From: Pseudothermotoga sp.
GTDB lineage: Bacteria; Thermotogota; Thermotogae; Thermotogales; DSM-5069
Assembly (NCBI GenBank): GCA_028276125.1
Contig: JAPYWY010000001.1
Coordinates: forward strand, 1-32,656
Reading direction: 5' to 3'
DNA length: 32,656 bases
How positions within the stretch are numbered: position 1 is the first letter of the stretch; the number at the start of each line of letters is the position of its first letter. A model generated the notes under the pieces. It had not been told where the DNA came from, searched no databases, and saw only the letters and a program-made list of their open reading frames with translations. This document shows positions 1 through 9,093 of this stretch, piece after piece. The position numbers and the translations under genes are program-made.

Positions 1-767
1 TCTTGACGAACGTGAGCACTGAAGCGAAACGAGAGGTCGAGAAGCTCATCGAAGAACTGTCCAAGCCTCTGAAACAGGTCGAGATAGAGGCCCGATTCAT
101 AGACAGAGCCTTGACGGACGAACTGACGAGAGGAGCGAATCTTAAGCTGTCAGCACCTTCAGCATCTGTGAGCATTGGTAGCTCTGGCAATCTGAACCTC
201 TCGATGTCGGTGATCGACCTGGTCGATTACAGGAACTTGCTGAGTCTCCTGGCGGGTGCTCAAGCAACACTGGACGTGTCAGCCCAAAAGTCCAACAGCT
301 TGACGGACTTGCTCGCGAGTCCGAGGATGGTCACCGTCAGTGGCAAGGAGGCTAAGATCCTCATAGGTGAGAGAGTTCCGTTCGTGGCAGGCATTGACGA
401 GGCTGGACGAATTTTGATCGATTACATGGACGTTGGTATCCAGCTGAGGATAACACCGATCGTTCGAAGCGATGGAAGCATACAGCTGAAGCTCTACACT
501 GAGGTGAGCGAGGTGAAGGAACGAACGCTCTCTGGCATGAACACTTATGGAAAGATCACGAGACAGGCTGAAACGGAAGTCATTCTGAACAGTGGTCAGA
601 CGCTCGTGATAGGTGGTCTCGTGCAAGACAAAGCTGTGAAGACCGTGGCCAAGGTGCCGGTGCTCGGTGAACTACCTTTCATAGGTCAGCTCTTCAGATC
701 CGTGACCGACAGAAAGGACAAAACTGAGCTGCTCATCTTCATCACAGCGCGGGTGATTGAACCGTGA
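1..767 (+). CDS. Secretin (PilQ/GspD family), C-terminal part; 5'-truncated by the window
   Basis: Secretin motifs VEIEARF, SPRMVTVSGKEAKILIG, DVGIQLRITP, KVPVLGELPFIGQLFR and TELLIFITARVI. The frame is open from the window start. Confidence 0.9.
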   Translation, partial: LTNVSTEAKREVEKLIEELSKPLKQVEIEARFIDRALTDELTRGANLKLSAPSASVSIGSSGNLNLSMSVIDLVDYRNLLSLLAGAQATLDVSAQKSNSLTDLLASPRMVTVSGKEAKILIGERVPFVAGIDEAGRILIDYMDVGIQLRITPIVRSDGSIQLKLYTEVSEVKERTLSGMNTYGKITRQAETEVILNSGQTLVIGGLVQDKAVKTVAKVPVLGELPFIGQLFRSVTDRKDKTELLIFITARVIEP

Positions 768-1597
768 AGAGGGAGCCTGTGGTTGCCGGAAGCTTTTATC
801 CGGCATCGCGTAAAGCACTGATCGAGCTCATCGAGGCTTGCTTCATGTCAAAGATCGGACCGGGTGAGTTGCCAAAGAAACCTGATAGACCACTCGAAAA
901 GAACGTAGCGTTAATAGTCCCACACGCCGGTTATGTGTACAGTGGCCCTGTGGCGGCTCACGCGTACGCGGAATTGGCCAAGCTTGGAAATCCAAAGCTC
1001 GTCGTACTGCTGGGACCCAACCACACGGGCTATGGCGCTCGGATTGGTGTTTGGGCGGAAGGGAGTTGGTCCACACCTTTGGGTGAGGTTCAGGTCTGTG
1101 AAGAAGCGGCACAGAAGCTGCTGAAAGAGTGTGAGGAAGCCTCGGCGGACATTAGATGCCACATAGCTGAACACTCACTCGAGGTGCAACTGCCGTTTCT
1201 CCAGTACATTTTCAAAGACTTTGAGATCCTCCCTATAACGATGTTCCCCGCGAACCTGCAGATCTGCAAATCTCTGGCGCATGCGTTGGACGAGTTGCTG
1301 AAGAACTTTTCTTCGACGGTGCTCGTTGTCTCGAGCGATTTCAACCACTACGAGGATTATGCGACCACGAAGTGGAAGGACCAGCTTGCCATAGAGGAGA
1401 TACTGAAAAGAGACGCCGAAGGTTTGTACAGAATGGTCGCGAACCACAGAATAACCATGTGTGGCCTTTCACCTGTAGCGTGCTTACTCTACATGCAAAG
1501 TTTTTCGAAGCCAAAGTTGCTGAAACATGCGACGAGCGGTGACACGTCACATGACAGGTCTCACGTTGTGGGATACGCGAGCTTCATTTTCGAATGA
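764..1597 (+). CDS. AmmeMemoRadiSam system protein B / MEMO1 family protein
   Basis: Motifs REPVVAGSFYP, VPHAGYVYSG, LGPNHTG, EHSLEVQLPFLQ, SSDFNHY, TMCG, TSGD and VVGYAS. The GTG start overlaps the secretin stop (GTGA). Confidence 0.92.
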   Translation: MKREPVVAGSFYPASRKALIELIEACFMSKIGPGELPKKPDRPLEKNVALIVPHAGYVYSGPVAAHAYAELAKLGNPKLVVLLGPNHTGYGARIGVWAEGSWSTPLGEVQVCEEAAQKLLKECEEASADIRCHIAEHSLEVQLPFLQYIFKDFEILPITMFPANLQICKSLAHALDELLKNFSSTVLVVSSDFNHYEDYATTKWKDQLAIEEILKRDAEGLYRMVANHRITMCGLSPVACLLYMQSFSKPKLLKHATSGDTSHDRSHVVGYASFIFE

Positions 1598-3026
1598 ATT
1601 GCAGCAGTTGGTACGCTTCTTCCACTTTCAATATCAAGCACAGCACCATGTAGACGGCGACACCCAGTAGCACGAGTACTATCGTGAAGAACCTCGATGG
1701 GCTAAAATGTTCTGTCATCATGAGGGCCAACCCCATGAGTGCAGAACAAAGCAAGACTTTTTGAAAGTGCTTCATGTCTATCTCTGGGCGCAGTTTGAAC
1801 AACAGATACGCTGCTCCCACAGCACCGGACAAGGCTGTGGCGAAGGCTATGCCAGCGGTCTTCATCGTCAGCCCCAGGACAAAATCGAGCACGGCGTTGG
1901 AAACGAACGATACCACCGTAGCTTTGAAGGGTAACTTCATGTCCTTTTTCGCATGACAGGCCCTCGAAAGTAGAGCCATCATCGAATAGAAGGGAAGTCC
2001 CATAGAGTAAAACAACAGCGCGGTCGCGGTCTTGATCGCATCGGAATGAGTGAAGGCACCGTGCTGATAGACGAGAACGATGAGTCTTTCACTGAGCACA
2101 ATCAAGCCGACGGTGGACGGAATACTCAAAAAGAAAGTTGTTCTCATCGCATCCTTCAAATGCTTCGATGATTCCTCGTCTTCATTGCTCATGAGCGGCA
2201 ACGCCACGGTTGAAACCGCCACTCCGAAGACTCCGAAAGGCAGTTGATAGAACCTGTTTGCATATTGAAGAACAGAAACACTTCCAGGTCCGATCAGCGC
2301 AGCCACGTTGACGTCTATCAGCACGTTGAATTCGGAAACCGTCATGGCGAGGAGAGCGGGGAAAAAGAGCTTGAAAAAATCGCCGACGCCAACAAAGGTT
2401 GGTCTGTAAGAAAACCCCACCTTCTTTGCACCAGGTATCAGACTGAAGAACATCGCCGCACCACCGAGGGTGAAACCGATGGTGGGACCGACGATGCGCG
2501 GATCAAAGAGCTCGCACAAAACCACTCCAACCACGATTCCAAGGTTCATGAACATCGGAGAGAGCGCTGGGAAAAAGAATCTTTCGCTCGAATTCTGTAT
2601 CGCGTAGAGAACGGCCCAGAGGAATATGAAGACGATGAAAGGGGTACTTATGCGTGCGAGTTTTGCTGCGAGCAGTTTCGTCTCCGTGTTCGCGCCGCTG
2701 GCTAGAAAGAAAGGTACAACATTTGGAAAAATTTCCACGAAGAGTGTCAGACCAATCGTCACGATACCGAGGCTCGTTATGACAGCTGATGCAAATTCAT
2801 TCTTGTCAGACTTTTCCTTGTAGAGAGGAATGAAAGCTGAAGTCATGGCACCCTCTGCGAAAGCTCGCCTCAACAAGAAGGGGAACGCTATAGCAATCGA
2901 GTATGCATCGAACTCTATCCCGACACCGAACCTATTCGCGAGAAAGACGTCTCTCACCAGACCGGTGAGTCTCGAGACCAAGGTTGCGATGGCGAAGAGA
3001 CTACCATATTTGAGAATCTTGGTCAT
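1584..3026 (-). CDS. murJ: Lipid II flippase MurJ (MviN)
   Basis: Motifs TLVSRLTGLVRD, RRAFAEGAMTSAFIP and LQYANRFYQLPFGVFGVAVSTVALP; polytopic hydrophobic 480-aa protein. Confidence 0.93.
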   Translation of the reverse strand: MTKILKYGSLFAIATLVSRLTGLVRDVFLANRFGVGIEFDAYSIAIAFPFLLRRAFAEGAMTSAFIPLYKEKSDKNEFASAVITSLGIVTIGLTLFVEIFPNVVPFFLASGANTETKLLAAKLARISTPFIVFIFLWAVLYAIQNSSERFFFPALSPMFMNLGIVVGVVLCELFDPRIVGPTIGFTLGGAAMFFSLIPGAKKVGFSYRPTFVGVGDFFKLFFPALLAMTVSEFNVLIDVNVAALIGPGSVSVLQYANRFYQLPFGVFGVAVSTVALPLMSNEDEESSKHLKDAMRTTFFLSIPSTVGLIVLSERLIVLVYQHGAFTHSDAIKTATALLFYSMGLPFYSMMALLSRACHAKKDMKLPFKATVVSFVSNAVLDFVLGLTMKTAGIAFATALSGAVGAAYLLFKLRPEIDMKHFQKVLLCSALMGLALMMTEHFSPSRFFTIVLVLLGVAVYMVLCLILKVEEAYQLLQFIRK

Positions 3027-4219
3027 GCCTGTCTCCTCGTGTAAGCTTCTATACCCAAGCCGAGGATCCTGACAGCGTCCCTCAATTTCTCAGGGTTCAG
3101 AACGTAGGCTATCCTCATCTCGTTGATGCCTGCGTTCGGGCTGATGTAGAATCCATCCAAAGGTGCGACCATGGTGGTCTTTCCATCAACTTCGAACTCG
3201 CTGAGCATGAACTTCACAAAGTTCTCGGTGTTGTCGATCGGAAGCTTCGCAGATATGTAGAAGGCACCGTGTGGCTTTTTAAAAATGGCTCCTTCTATCT
3301 TTGAAAGCTCCTCGTACACCGCGTCTCGACGCGTTTGGTACTCGAGTCTCACCTGCTCCGTGTAACTCTCATCGAGTGTTAAGAGTCCGATCGTACCGTA
3401 TTGAGAGGTCATCGAAGGACACAGGCGTGCCTGGGCAAACTTCATCGCTGCAGCGTAGAGATCTTTGTTCTTCGTCACGAACGTTCCTATCCTCGCACCA
3501 CAGGCACTGTACCTTTTCGAGATGCTATCGACCACGATCGTTCTGTCCGATATCTCTTCGAAGGTCAGCATCGAGACGGCCCTGTAACCATCGAAGACAA
3601 ACTCTCTGTAGACTTCATCGGAGATGATGAAGAGGTCCTTTTCCATCGAAACATCTATTATCGTCCTCAACTGTGTTTCGTCGTACACCGCCCCGGTCGG
3701 GTTGCATGGATTCGAAAAGATTATGGCCTTCGTCCTGGGCCCTATCGCTTGAAAGAACTTCTCCTTCTTTGGAACGGCGTATCCATCTTCCGGATACGTT
3801 CGAACCGGTACGAGCTTTATTCCAAGTTGGTGAGCGAAACCTGCGTAGTTCGCGTAGAACGGTTCAAGGACAACGATCTCGTCTCCTGGATCAGCAACGA
3901 CCGACATGGCGAAGATCACAGCCTCGCTCCCACCGTTTGTGATGATCATCTGTGAGGGGCTGACCGACACGCCAAACTTCGCGTAATATCGTGCGAAGGC
4001 TTCTCTCAATTCCAACAGACCTGCGGAGTGTGTGTAGGCCACGACTGAAGGTTTGTACTTCTCCGCATACTCGAAGTACACGGCTGGTGTCGGTATATCG
4101 GGCTGGCCTATGTTCAAGTAGTAGATCTTCTTCCCTCTCTTTGCGGCCTCCTCCGCGTAAGGTATGAGCCTCCTTATGGGACTCGCTGGAGCTTCGACGG
4201 CACGATGTGAGAGTTGCAT
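3023..4219 (-). CDS. PLP-dependent class I/II aminotransferase (aspartate aminotransferase-like)
   Basis: Motifs LNIGQPD, SNPCNPTG, ISDEVY and the PLP-lysine motif DSISKRYSACGARIG. Confidence 0.9.
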   Translation of the reverse strand: MQLSHRAVEAPASPIRRLIPYAEEAAKRGKKIYYLNIGQPDIPTPAVYFEYAEKYKPSVVAYTHSAGLLELREAFARYYAKFGVSVSPSQMIITNGGSEAVIFAMSVVADPGDEIVVLEPFYANYAGFAHQLGIKLVPVRTYPEDGYAVPKKEKFFQAIGPRTKAIIFSNPCNPTGAVYDETQLRTIIDVSMEKDLFIISDEVYREFVFDGYRAVSMLTFEEISDRTIVVDSISKRYSACGARIGTFVTKNKDLYAAAMKFAQARLCPSMTSQYGTIGLLTLDESYTEQVRLEYQTRRDAVYEELSKIEGAIFKKPHGAFYISAKLPIDNTENFVKFMLSEFEVDGKTTMVAPLDGFYISPNAGINEMRIAYVLNPEKLRDAVRILGLGIEAYTRRQA

Positions 4220-4220
4220 A

Positions 4221-5363
4221 TCAATATCGCCTCCTGACCTCCGTTATGATGAACTTCAAGTATCTGGTTTCCGGCACTTCCAGCAAGAAGGGATGATCCA
4301 AGCCTTGACCACCCTTGTACAGAACGCTCAGCAAAACTTTGCTGTCGTTCGCCGCGTCGTTCAAGAGCGATTCGAATTCCTGTTCAGAGATGACCTGAGT
4401 ACAGGAAGCCGTCGCCAAGATTCCAGGCTTTTTGAGAATTTTCATGCCCCTCAGGTTTATCTCCTTGTGTCCTCGCAAAGCGGAATCCTTCGAGGTTGAG
4501 GTTTTCGCGAACGAGGGTGGATCAAGAACGACGAGGTCGAAGCGTTCAAAGCGGGAGTTCTCCTTGAGCCAATCGAAAGCATTTGCCTGGATGATCTGAT
4601 AGTTGCTGAAGCCGTTCAACCGCAGAAGCTGTTCTGCTATTGACAGGCTTCTCTCAGAATAATCGATCAGCACTACAAATTGAGCGCCGGCTTTCAGAAG
4701 GTGCAGTGCAAAGTTACCCGTGTAAGAGAAGACATCGAGGCACACACGATCCTTCGCAAACGCTGAGCACAGGCGACTGTTGTGCAGTTGATCCAAGAAT
4801 GCCCCTGTCTTTTGCCCTTTCAGATCTGCGGCGAGTAACAATCCTTCTTGCTCGAAGTAAATGACTTCTGGACCATTGCCCAAAAGCCACCCACAACTCT
4901 CTTTGAGCCCCTCCTTCAACCTCGTTGGGGCATCAGATTTTTCATAGATTCCGAGCGGACTTGCGTACTTCTTCAATTTCTCGACGACTAAGTCCTTCAG
5001 TTTTTCCATTCCGAGTGTGTTGATCTGTAGCACGAGATAATCTCTGTACTTGTCCACCACCAAGCCTGGTAGACCATCCGCCTCACCGTTCACCAATCGA
5101 TGAGCTTCACGCCCCACGGGTAACACTTCACGCCTTCGGATCGCTTCGGCTATCCGCTGATCCATCATCTGTTCGATGGACATGGGTTGTAACGAGAGCA
5201 ACCTGATCGTGATCTTAGATTTCGTGTTGATGTAGCCGACGCCGTAGAACTTTCCGTTGGACAAGTGAACGTTGACAATGTCCCCGTCCTCGAACTCACC
5301 TTCCATCTTGGCGATCTCCGCTTGAAATATCCATGGATGAAAATTTCGCTGATCCTTTTTCAA
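4221..5363 (-). CDS. Class I SAM-dependent rRNA m5C methyltransferase, RlmI/YccW family; start uncertain (TTG 5363 or ATT 5381)
   Basis: PUA-like HPWIF, then GEADGLPGLVVDKY, GQKTGAFLDQ, LDVFSYTGNF, VLDPPSFAK, TASC and DHP..PETRYLK. Confidence 0.88.
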   Translation of the reverse strand: MKKDQRNFHPWIFQAEIAKMEGEFEDGDIVNVHLSNGKFYGVGYINTKSKITIRLLSLQPMSIEQMMDQRIAEAIRRREVLPVGREAHRLVNGEADGLPGLVVDKYRDYLVLQINTLGMEKLKDLVVEKLKKYASPLGIYEKSDAPTRLKEGLKESCGWLLGNGPEVIYFEQEGLLLAADLKGQKTGAFLDQLHNSRLCSAFAKDRVCLDVFSYTGNFALHLLKAGAQFVVLIDYSERSLSIAEQLLRLNGFSNYQIIQANAFDWLKENSRFERFDLVVLDPPSFAKTSTSKDSALRGHKEINLRGMKILKKPGILATASCTQVISEQEFESLLNDAANDSKVLLSVLYKGGQGLDHPFLLEVPETRYLKFIITEVRRRY

Positions 5364-5376
5364 AAAAATTCTCGCT

Positions 5377-6468
5377 CTAATACATTTTCACCCTCTCGTA
5401 GAGGTACCTGATCAGTTCCTCGGTGAAGTTACCCCGAGTCCATTGAACGTGCGGGGCGTTCTTGGCTCTGCTTGTCCACAACATGAGTTCTTCATCGTTT
5501 ATGGGAACTTTGATGCTCAGGCCAACGGATTCCAAGAATTTTGCCACATCACCGAGCGCCGATTTGACGAAACCGACCTTGTCGGGCACCTCTATCGAAG
5601 CCTGCTCGACGATCACGTCCAAAAATACCGCTGTGGCGTCACCATGCTTGACGTTCTTGAAGGTTGTGAGAGGATAACCGAGTGCGTGTGCGATGGTTGT
5701 ACTCGTTTGGCTTATCACCATGCCTGCAAGACAGGACGCCAAAAGCATGTTCTCTCTCGCATGCAGATCCGTTGGATCTTTCAAAACTCTTGGCAAATTC
5801 TCCGCAATGAGCCTGATGGATTCTTTCGCGTAGAGATCGGAGAGTATCGTGGCCCTCTTTGAAAGAAAACCTTCAACCGCGTGGCACAACGCGTCCAAAC
5901 CCGTGGACCTCGTCAAAGACTCACTCAAGTTCAACGTGTAACGTGCGTCGAGGAACGCGATCTTTGGAAACGTCAAGGCTGGGTGGGAAAAACCCCTTTT
6001 GAAACCCGCATCGTCTGTGAGCACAGAGTACTGCGTGACCTCGCTTCCCGTTCCCGCGGTTGTTGGAATGGCGCAGATGGGCAAAGCTTCGTTGTACTTG
6101 GATACATCGTACAGATCCTCTACGTTCAAAGTCGGATTTTTCAAGAGCACGGCGATGGCCTTCGCCGTGTCCATGGGGCTACCTCCGCCGAGCCCGATCA
6201 CGAAGTCGAACGAACCGTCTCGGTACTCCGAGACGATGTTTCTGACGAGTGCGAAACTTGGATTTTCCTCAACGTTGTCGAACAGCTCCCATTCGATTCC
6301 GATCTGAGATAGAACCCTCGTCAGATCGTCGAGTGAACCGTTCTCCTTGGAAGATCTTCTGCCAGTCAGTATCAAAGCTCTCTTACCCAGAGATTTGAAA
6401 GCATCGCTTGCCCGCTCGACGCACTTTTGACCGAAATAAACCTTCGTAGGCATGAAGTACTGCCACAT
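5377..6468 (-). CDS. Iron-containing alcohol dehydrogenase
   Basis: Motifs MPTKVYFG, VEENP, GLGGGSPMDTAK, PTTAGTGSE, DALCHAVE, AHALGY and HG. Start placed at ATG 6468 (MWQYF), after the SD GAGGAGGTG. Confidence 0.92.
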   Translation of the reverse strand: MWQYFMPTKVYFGQKCVERASDAFKSLGKRALILTGRRSSKENGSLDDLTRVLSQIGIEWELFDNVEENPSFALVRNIVSEYRDGSFDFVIGLGGGSPMDTAKAIAVLLKNPTLNVEDLYDVSKYNEALPICAIPTTAGTGSEVTQYSVLTDDAGFKRGFSHPALTFPKIAFLDARYTLNLSESLTRSTGLDALCHAVEGFLSKRATILSDLYAKESIRLIAENLPRVLKDPTDLHARENMLLASCLAGMVISQTSTTIAHALGYPLTTFKNVKHGDATAVFLDVIVEQASIEVPDKVGFVKSALGDVAKFLESVGLSIKVPINDEELMLWTSRAKNAPHVQWTRGNFTEELIRYLYERVKMY

Positions 6469-6481
6469 CGGCGACACCTCC

Positions 6482-7159
6482 TCAGCCAAAGAGTCCCACA
6501 TGCTTGTACTTCTGCGTCAGTTCGTGTGCCAAACGCGTTGGCTCGGGCAACCTGTGCCCTGCGCAACAACGAAGCGTCAGTTTCAAGGCGGACAGGACAT
6601 CGCATTTGTGCCCGGGTGAGACGAACAAAGGTTTGTTTCCAACCTTCGTCCTGACAACGGCACCGATGACCTCGTTCTTATCGTACAGGAAGGTGTAGGA
6701 ACCTTGAACGTTCGGAGGTTCTATGAAGCTGCCGTAGAGATGGGATTTCGCTACACCGATCGTCGGCAGATCCAAGAACAAACCCATGTGGGATGCAATG
6801 CCGAGCCTTCTGGGATGTGCGATGCCTTGGCCGTCGAACATGACCACGTCTGGTAACACCTTCAGCTGTTGCCAGGCGTTCAAGAACACCGGGCCTTCCC
6901 TGAAGGCCAGCAAACCAGGTACGTACGGGAAACTCACTTTCTCGTGCACAACCACTTGTTCAACCACGCGCATGGCTGCGATGTCCAAGACCACTATGGC
7001 GGCTACACCGTTCTTGGCGTCTGGAAAGGCCAGATCAACACCCGCAACAAGTTCGACATCCGGCAGGGAAGTCAATTCTATCATCGATCTGAGCTGTTTT
7101 TGGATTTCGACGGCCCGTTCGGCCGATACGTCCCACGCGTGGAGGCTTCTGTAGTTCAT
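6482..7159 (-). CDS. nfi: Endonuclease V (deoxyinosine 3' endonuclease)
   Basis: Motifs VAGVD, FPYVPGLLAFRE, DGQGIAHPRRLGIASHMG, IGVAKS, VSPGH and RLPEPTRLAH. ATG 7159 follows GAGGTGA; GTG 7165 is an alternative start. Confidence 0.95.
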   Translation of the reverse strand: MNYRSLHAWDVSAERAVEIQKQLRSMIELTSLPDVELVAGVDLAFPDAKNGVAAIVVLDIAAMRVVEQVVVHEKVSFPYVPGLLAFREGPVFLNAWQQLKVLPDVVMFDGQGIAHPRRLGIASHMGLFLDLPTIGVAKSHLYGSFIEPPNVQGSYTFLYDKNEVIGAVVRTKVGNKPLFVSPGHKCDVLSALKLTLRCCAGHRLPEPTRLAHELTQKYKHVGLFG

Positions 7160-7161
7160 GT

Positions 7162-8340
7162 TCACCTCACCACTACGAAAACGTCTATAGGAAATTTTGG
7201 ATAAATCCTGTTCTTCGACAGCTTATCGACCAACTCGAAATAACTCTTCAACGTGCCAGGTTCGTCAACGAAAACGAACATGAATGTTTTTTCTGGATAG
7301 ACACTTTTCAAAAGGTTTTTGACACTGTCCTGTATTCCCCTATCAACAATGAGTGCGGTATCGTTTTTGAAGGAGAGCCCAACATCTTCCCAAACGATGA
7401 GGCTTGGTTGCACATCGGCCTTGTTCCAGAGATTCGTCTGTCTCTCCAGAAAGGCCCGGGACTTGTCCAGACCGGCGTTGATCAAGACGATGCGCAGAGT
7501 GCATGTCTGAGATTGAGTCTTCATTTCCTTCAGCGTTTGCTTGTAAATCGGCAATCTTTTCTCATCCAAGACCACATCACCTTTTTCGTTGATCGCGTAA
7601 GGGAAGGAGACGAATTCGACGGTGAAACCCTTTCTCAGCTTTGAGAACAGATACACCAGTTCACCTGTGGACACTTTCAAATCGATGTTCTTCCGCAGAT
7701 TCTGGAACATGGACAAAAGTTTCTGAAGAGTAACGCGTCTGGCGTTCTCAATGAGCTTCATGAGGACTTGCTTTTGCCTTTCTATCCTTGACAAATCTCC
7801 CATCGCGTCTCTTCTGTATCTGATGTACGCGAGCAGTTCGTCACCTCTCATCAGGTACACACCCGGTTGAAAATCGATGTAAAGCTTCTGGACACTGTCC
7901 ACGTATTTCATCGGTTCTTTGACGTGTATCTCCACCGGCCCCAGTTCGTCGCCGAGATACTTGAAGGCGGCGTAATCCACTATCACCGCACCGTTGAAGT
8001 TGATGTCGAGCAACTTCGAGAGTGTCTGCCTCAAACCAGAAATTCCGGATCTTGCGTAAACGGCATTTATCTTGCTGTTTTGTAAGAGCAGATCCCTTGG
8101 AACGTTGCTGATCACTATTTTTCTCTCTTTGTGGTCTATCATCGCGATCATTATCACGTCCGCTCGACGCGTCCCCTCGATCATCGCGTCCACGCCAACG
8201 ACCAAGAGTGAGTACGGGTTGACCTCGGGCTCTCTGTACAAGAAAAATTCAAAAAGCCATCCGCAGACCAGCGCGAGGAACGACAGGGCTGAGAGAGTAA
8301 CTGATAGAGTCACGATCGCCAAAATTCTTGCGAACTTCAC
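7162..8340 (-). CDS. LytR-CpsA-Psr (LCP) family protein with N-terminal TM helix
   Basis: N-terminal TM segment, then LVVGVD..RRADVIM, NVPRD, KINAVY, AYIRYR and GDLSRIERQKQV. Confidence 0.9.
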   Translation of the reverse strand: MKFARILAIVTLSVTLSALSFLALVCGWLFEFFLYREPEVNPYSLLVVGVDAMIEGTRRADVIMIAMIDHKERKIVISNVPRDLLLQNSKINAVYARSGISGLRQTLSKLLDINFNGAVIVDYAAFKYLGDELGPVEIHVKEPMKYVDSVQKLYIDFQPGVYLMRGDELLAYIRYRRDAMGDLSRIERQKQVLMKLIENARRVTLQKLLSMFQNLRKNIDLKVSTGELVYLFSKLRKGFTVEFVSFPYAINEKGDVVLDEKRLPIYKQTLKEMKTQSQTCTLRIVLINAGLDKSRAFLERQTNLWNKADVQPSLIVWEDVGLSFKNDTALIVDRGIQDSVKNLLKSVYPEKTFMFVFVDEPGTLKSYFELVDKLSKNRIYPKFPIDVFVVVR

Positions 8341-8362
8341 CTTTGAAGCCTTCCTCCACAGT

Positions 8363-8644
8363 TCATTTTACCACACGACCCTCCGACGAGCGGTTCAATC
8401 GCCTGTAGATCTCCTCCAAGCTCAACGGTAGCTCCACCTGTTTCAGCTTCGATGTCTTACCAATGACTATTCTCACGTCGGATCTCCTCAAAGAGAGCTT
8501 CTTTGCGAGCAGATCGCAGACAGCTTCGTTGGCCTTGCCTTCAACAGGGTGTGCGGTGACGTTCACTTTGAGAGTTCCATCGTCCATCATTTCGATCGAT
8601 TCATGTTTCGCACCTGGCTTGACTTTGATCCAAACTCGCGTCAA
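8363..8644 (-). CDS. DUF167 / YggU family protein
   Basis: Motifs IKVKPGAK, LKVNVTAHPVEGKANEAV and IGKTSKLK. The TTG start at 8644 follows SD AGAGGTGG; ATG 8665 is an alternative. Confidence 0.88.
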   Translation of the reverse strand: MTRVWIKVKPGAKHESIEMMDDGTLKVNVTAHPVEGKANEAVCDLLAKKLSLRRSDVRIVIGKTSKLKQVELPLSLEEIYRRLNRSSEGRVVK

Positions 8645-8703
8645 ACTGGTTCCACCTCTCTTCATCGTGTAAAATGTGCTTGGGAGTCAGCGCAGTGGGA
8701 CTC

Positions 8704-9093
8704 TTGATTGAAATAACAGTTGCGATCGGGTTGAGCATCCTGCTGCTCATTTTAATCGGGAAACGTAAAGTCGAGCTGAAAAATCTCGAAAACATCGTTC
8801 TTGAGAGGTTCAAAAAGGATGGTTGGACCGTCCATGTGTCCGTGGTTCAGAACGGCGCAAAATTCTTTTTGTTGAAACGTGGAAGGGGTTCCATCCTTGT
8901 GGCTTTTGTCAGAGATTTCGGTTTCGATAAGTTCAAACGCGTGGTGATCTTGGCGCTGTTGAACGATGCGAAGCGTGCGGAAATTTACTACTCGTCGATG
9001 ACCTCTCACGCAGAGAAGGCGGTACGTTCCTTCAACAAAAATGCAAGAATTCACAAGATGAAGATGATCCTCGTGTGGAGAGGAACCTCATGA
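8704..9093 (+). CDS. Hypothetical membrane-anchored protein; probable degenerate Mrr-like (PD-(D/E)XK) domain
   Basis: N-terminal TM followed by a basic patch. LENIVLERFKKDGWTV resembles FEILLCELFKKAGYKV of the next gene. Its stop overlaps the next ATG (ATGA). Start uncertain (ATG 8674 or TTG 8704). Confidence 0.7.
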   Translation: MIEITVAIGLSILLLILIGKRKVELKNLENIVLERFKKDGWTVHVSVVQNGAKFFLLKRGRGSILVAFVRDFGFDKFKRVVILALLNDAKRAEIYYSSMTSHAEKAVRSFNKNARIHKMKMILVWRGTS

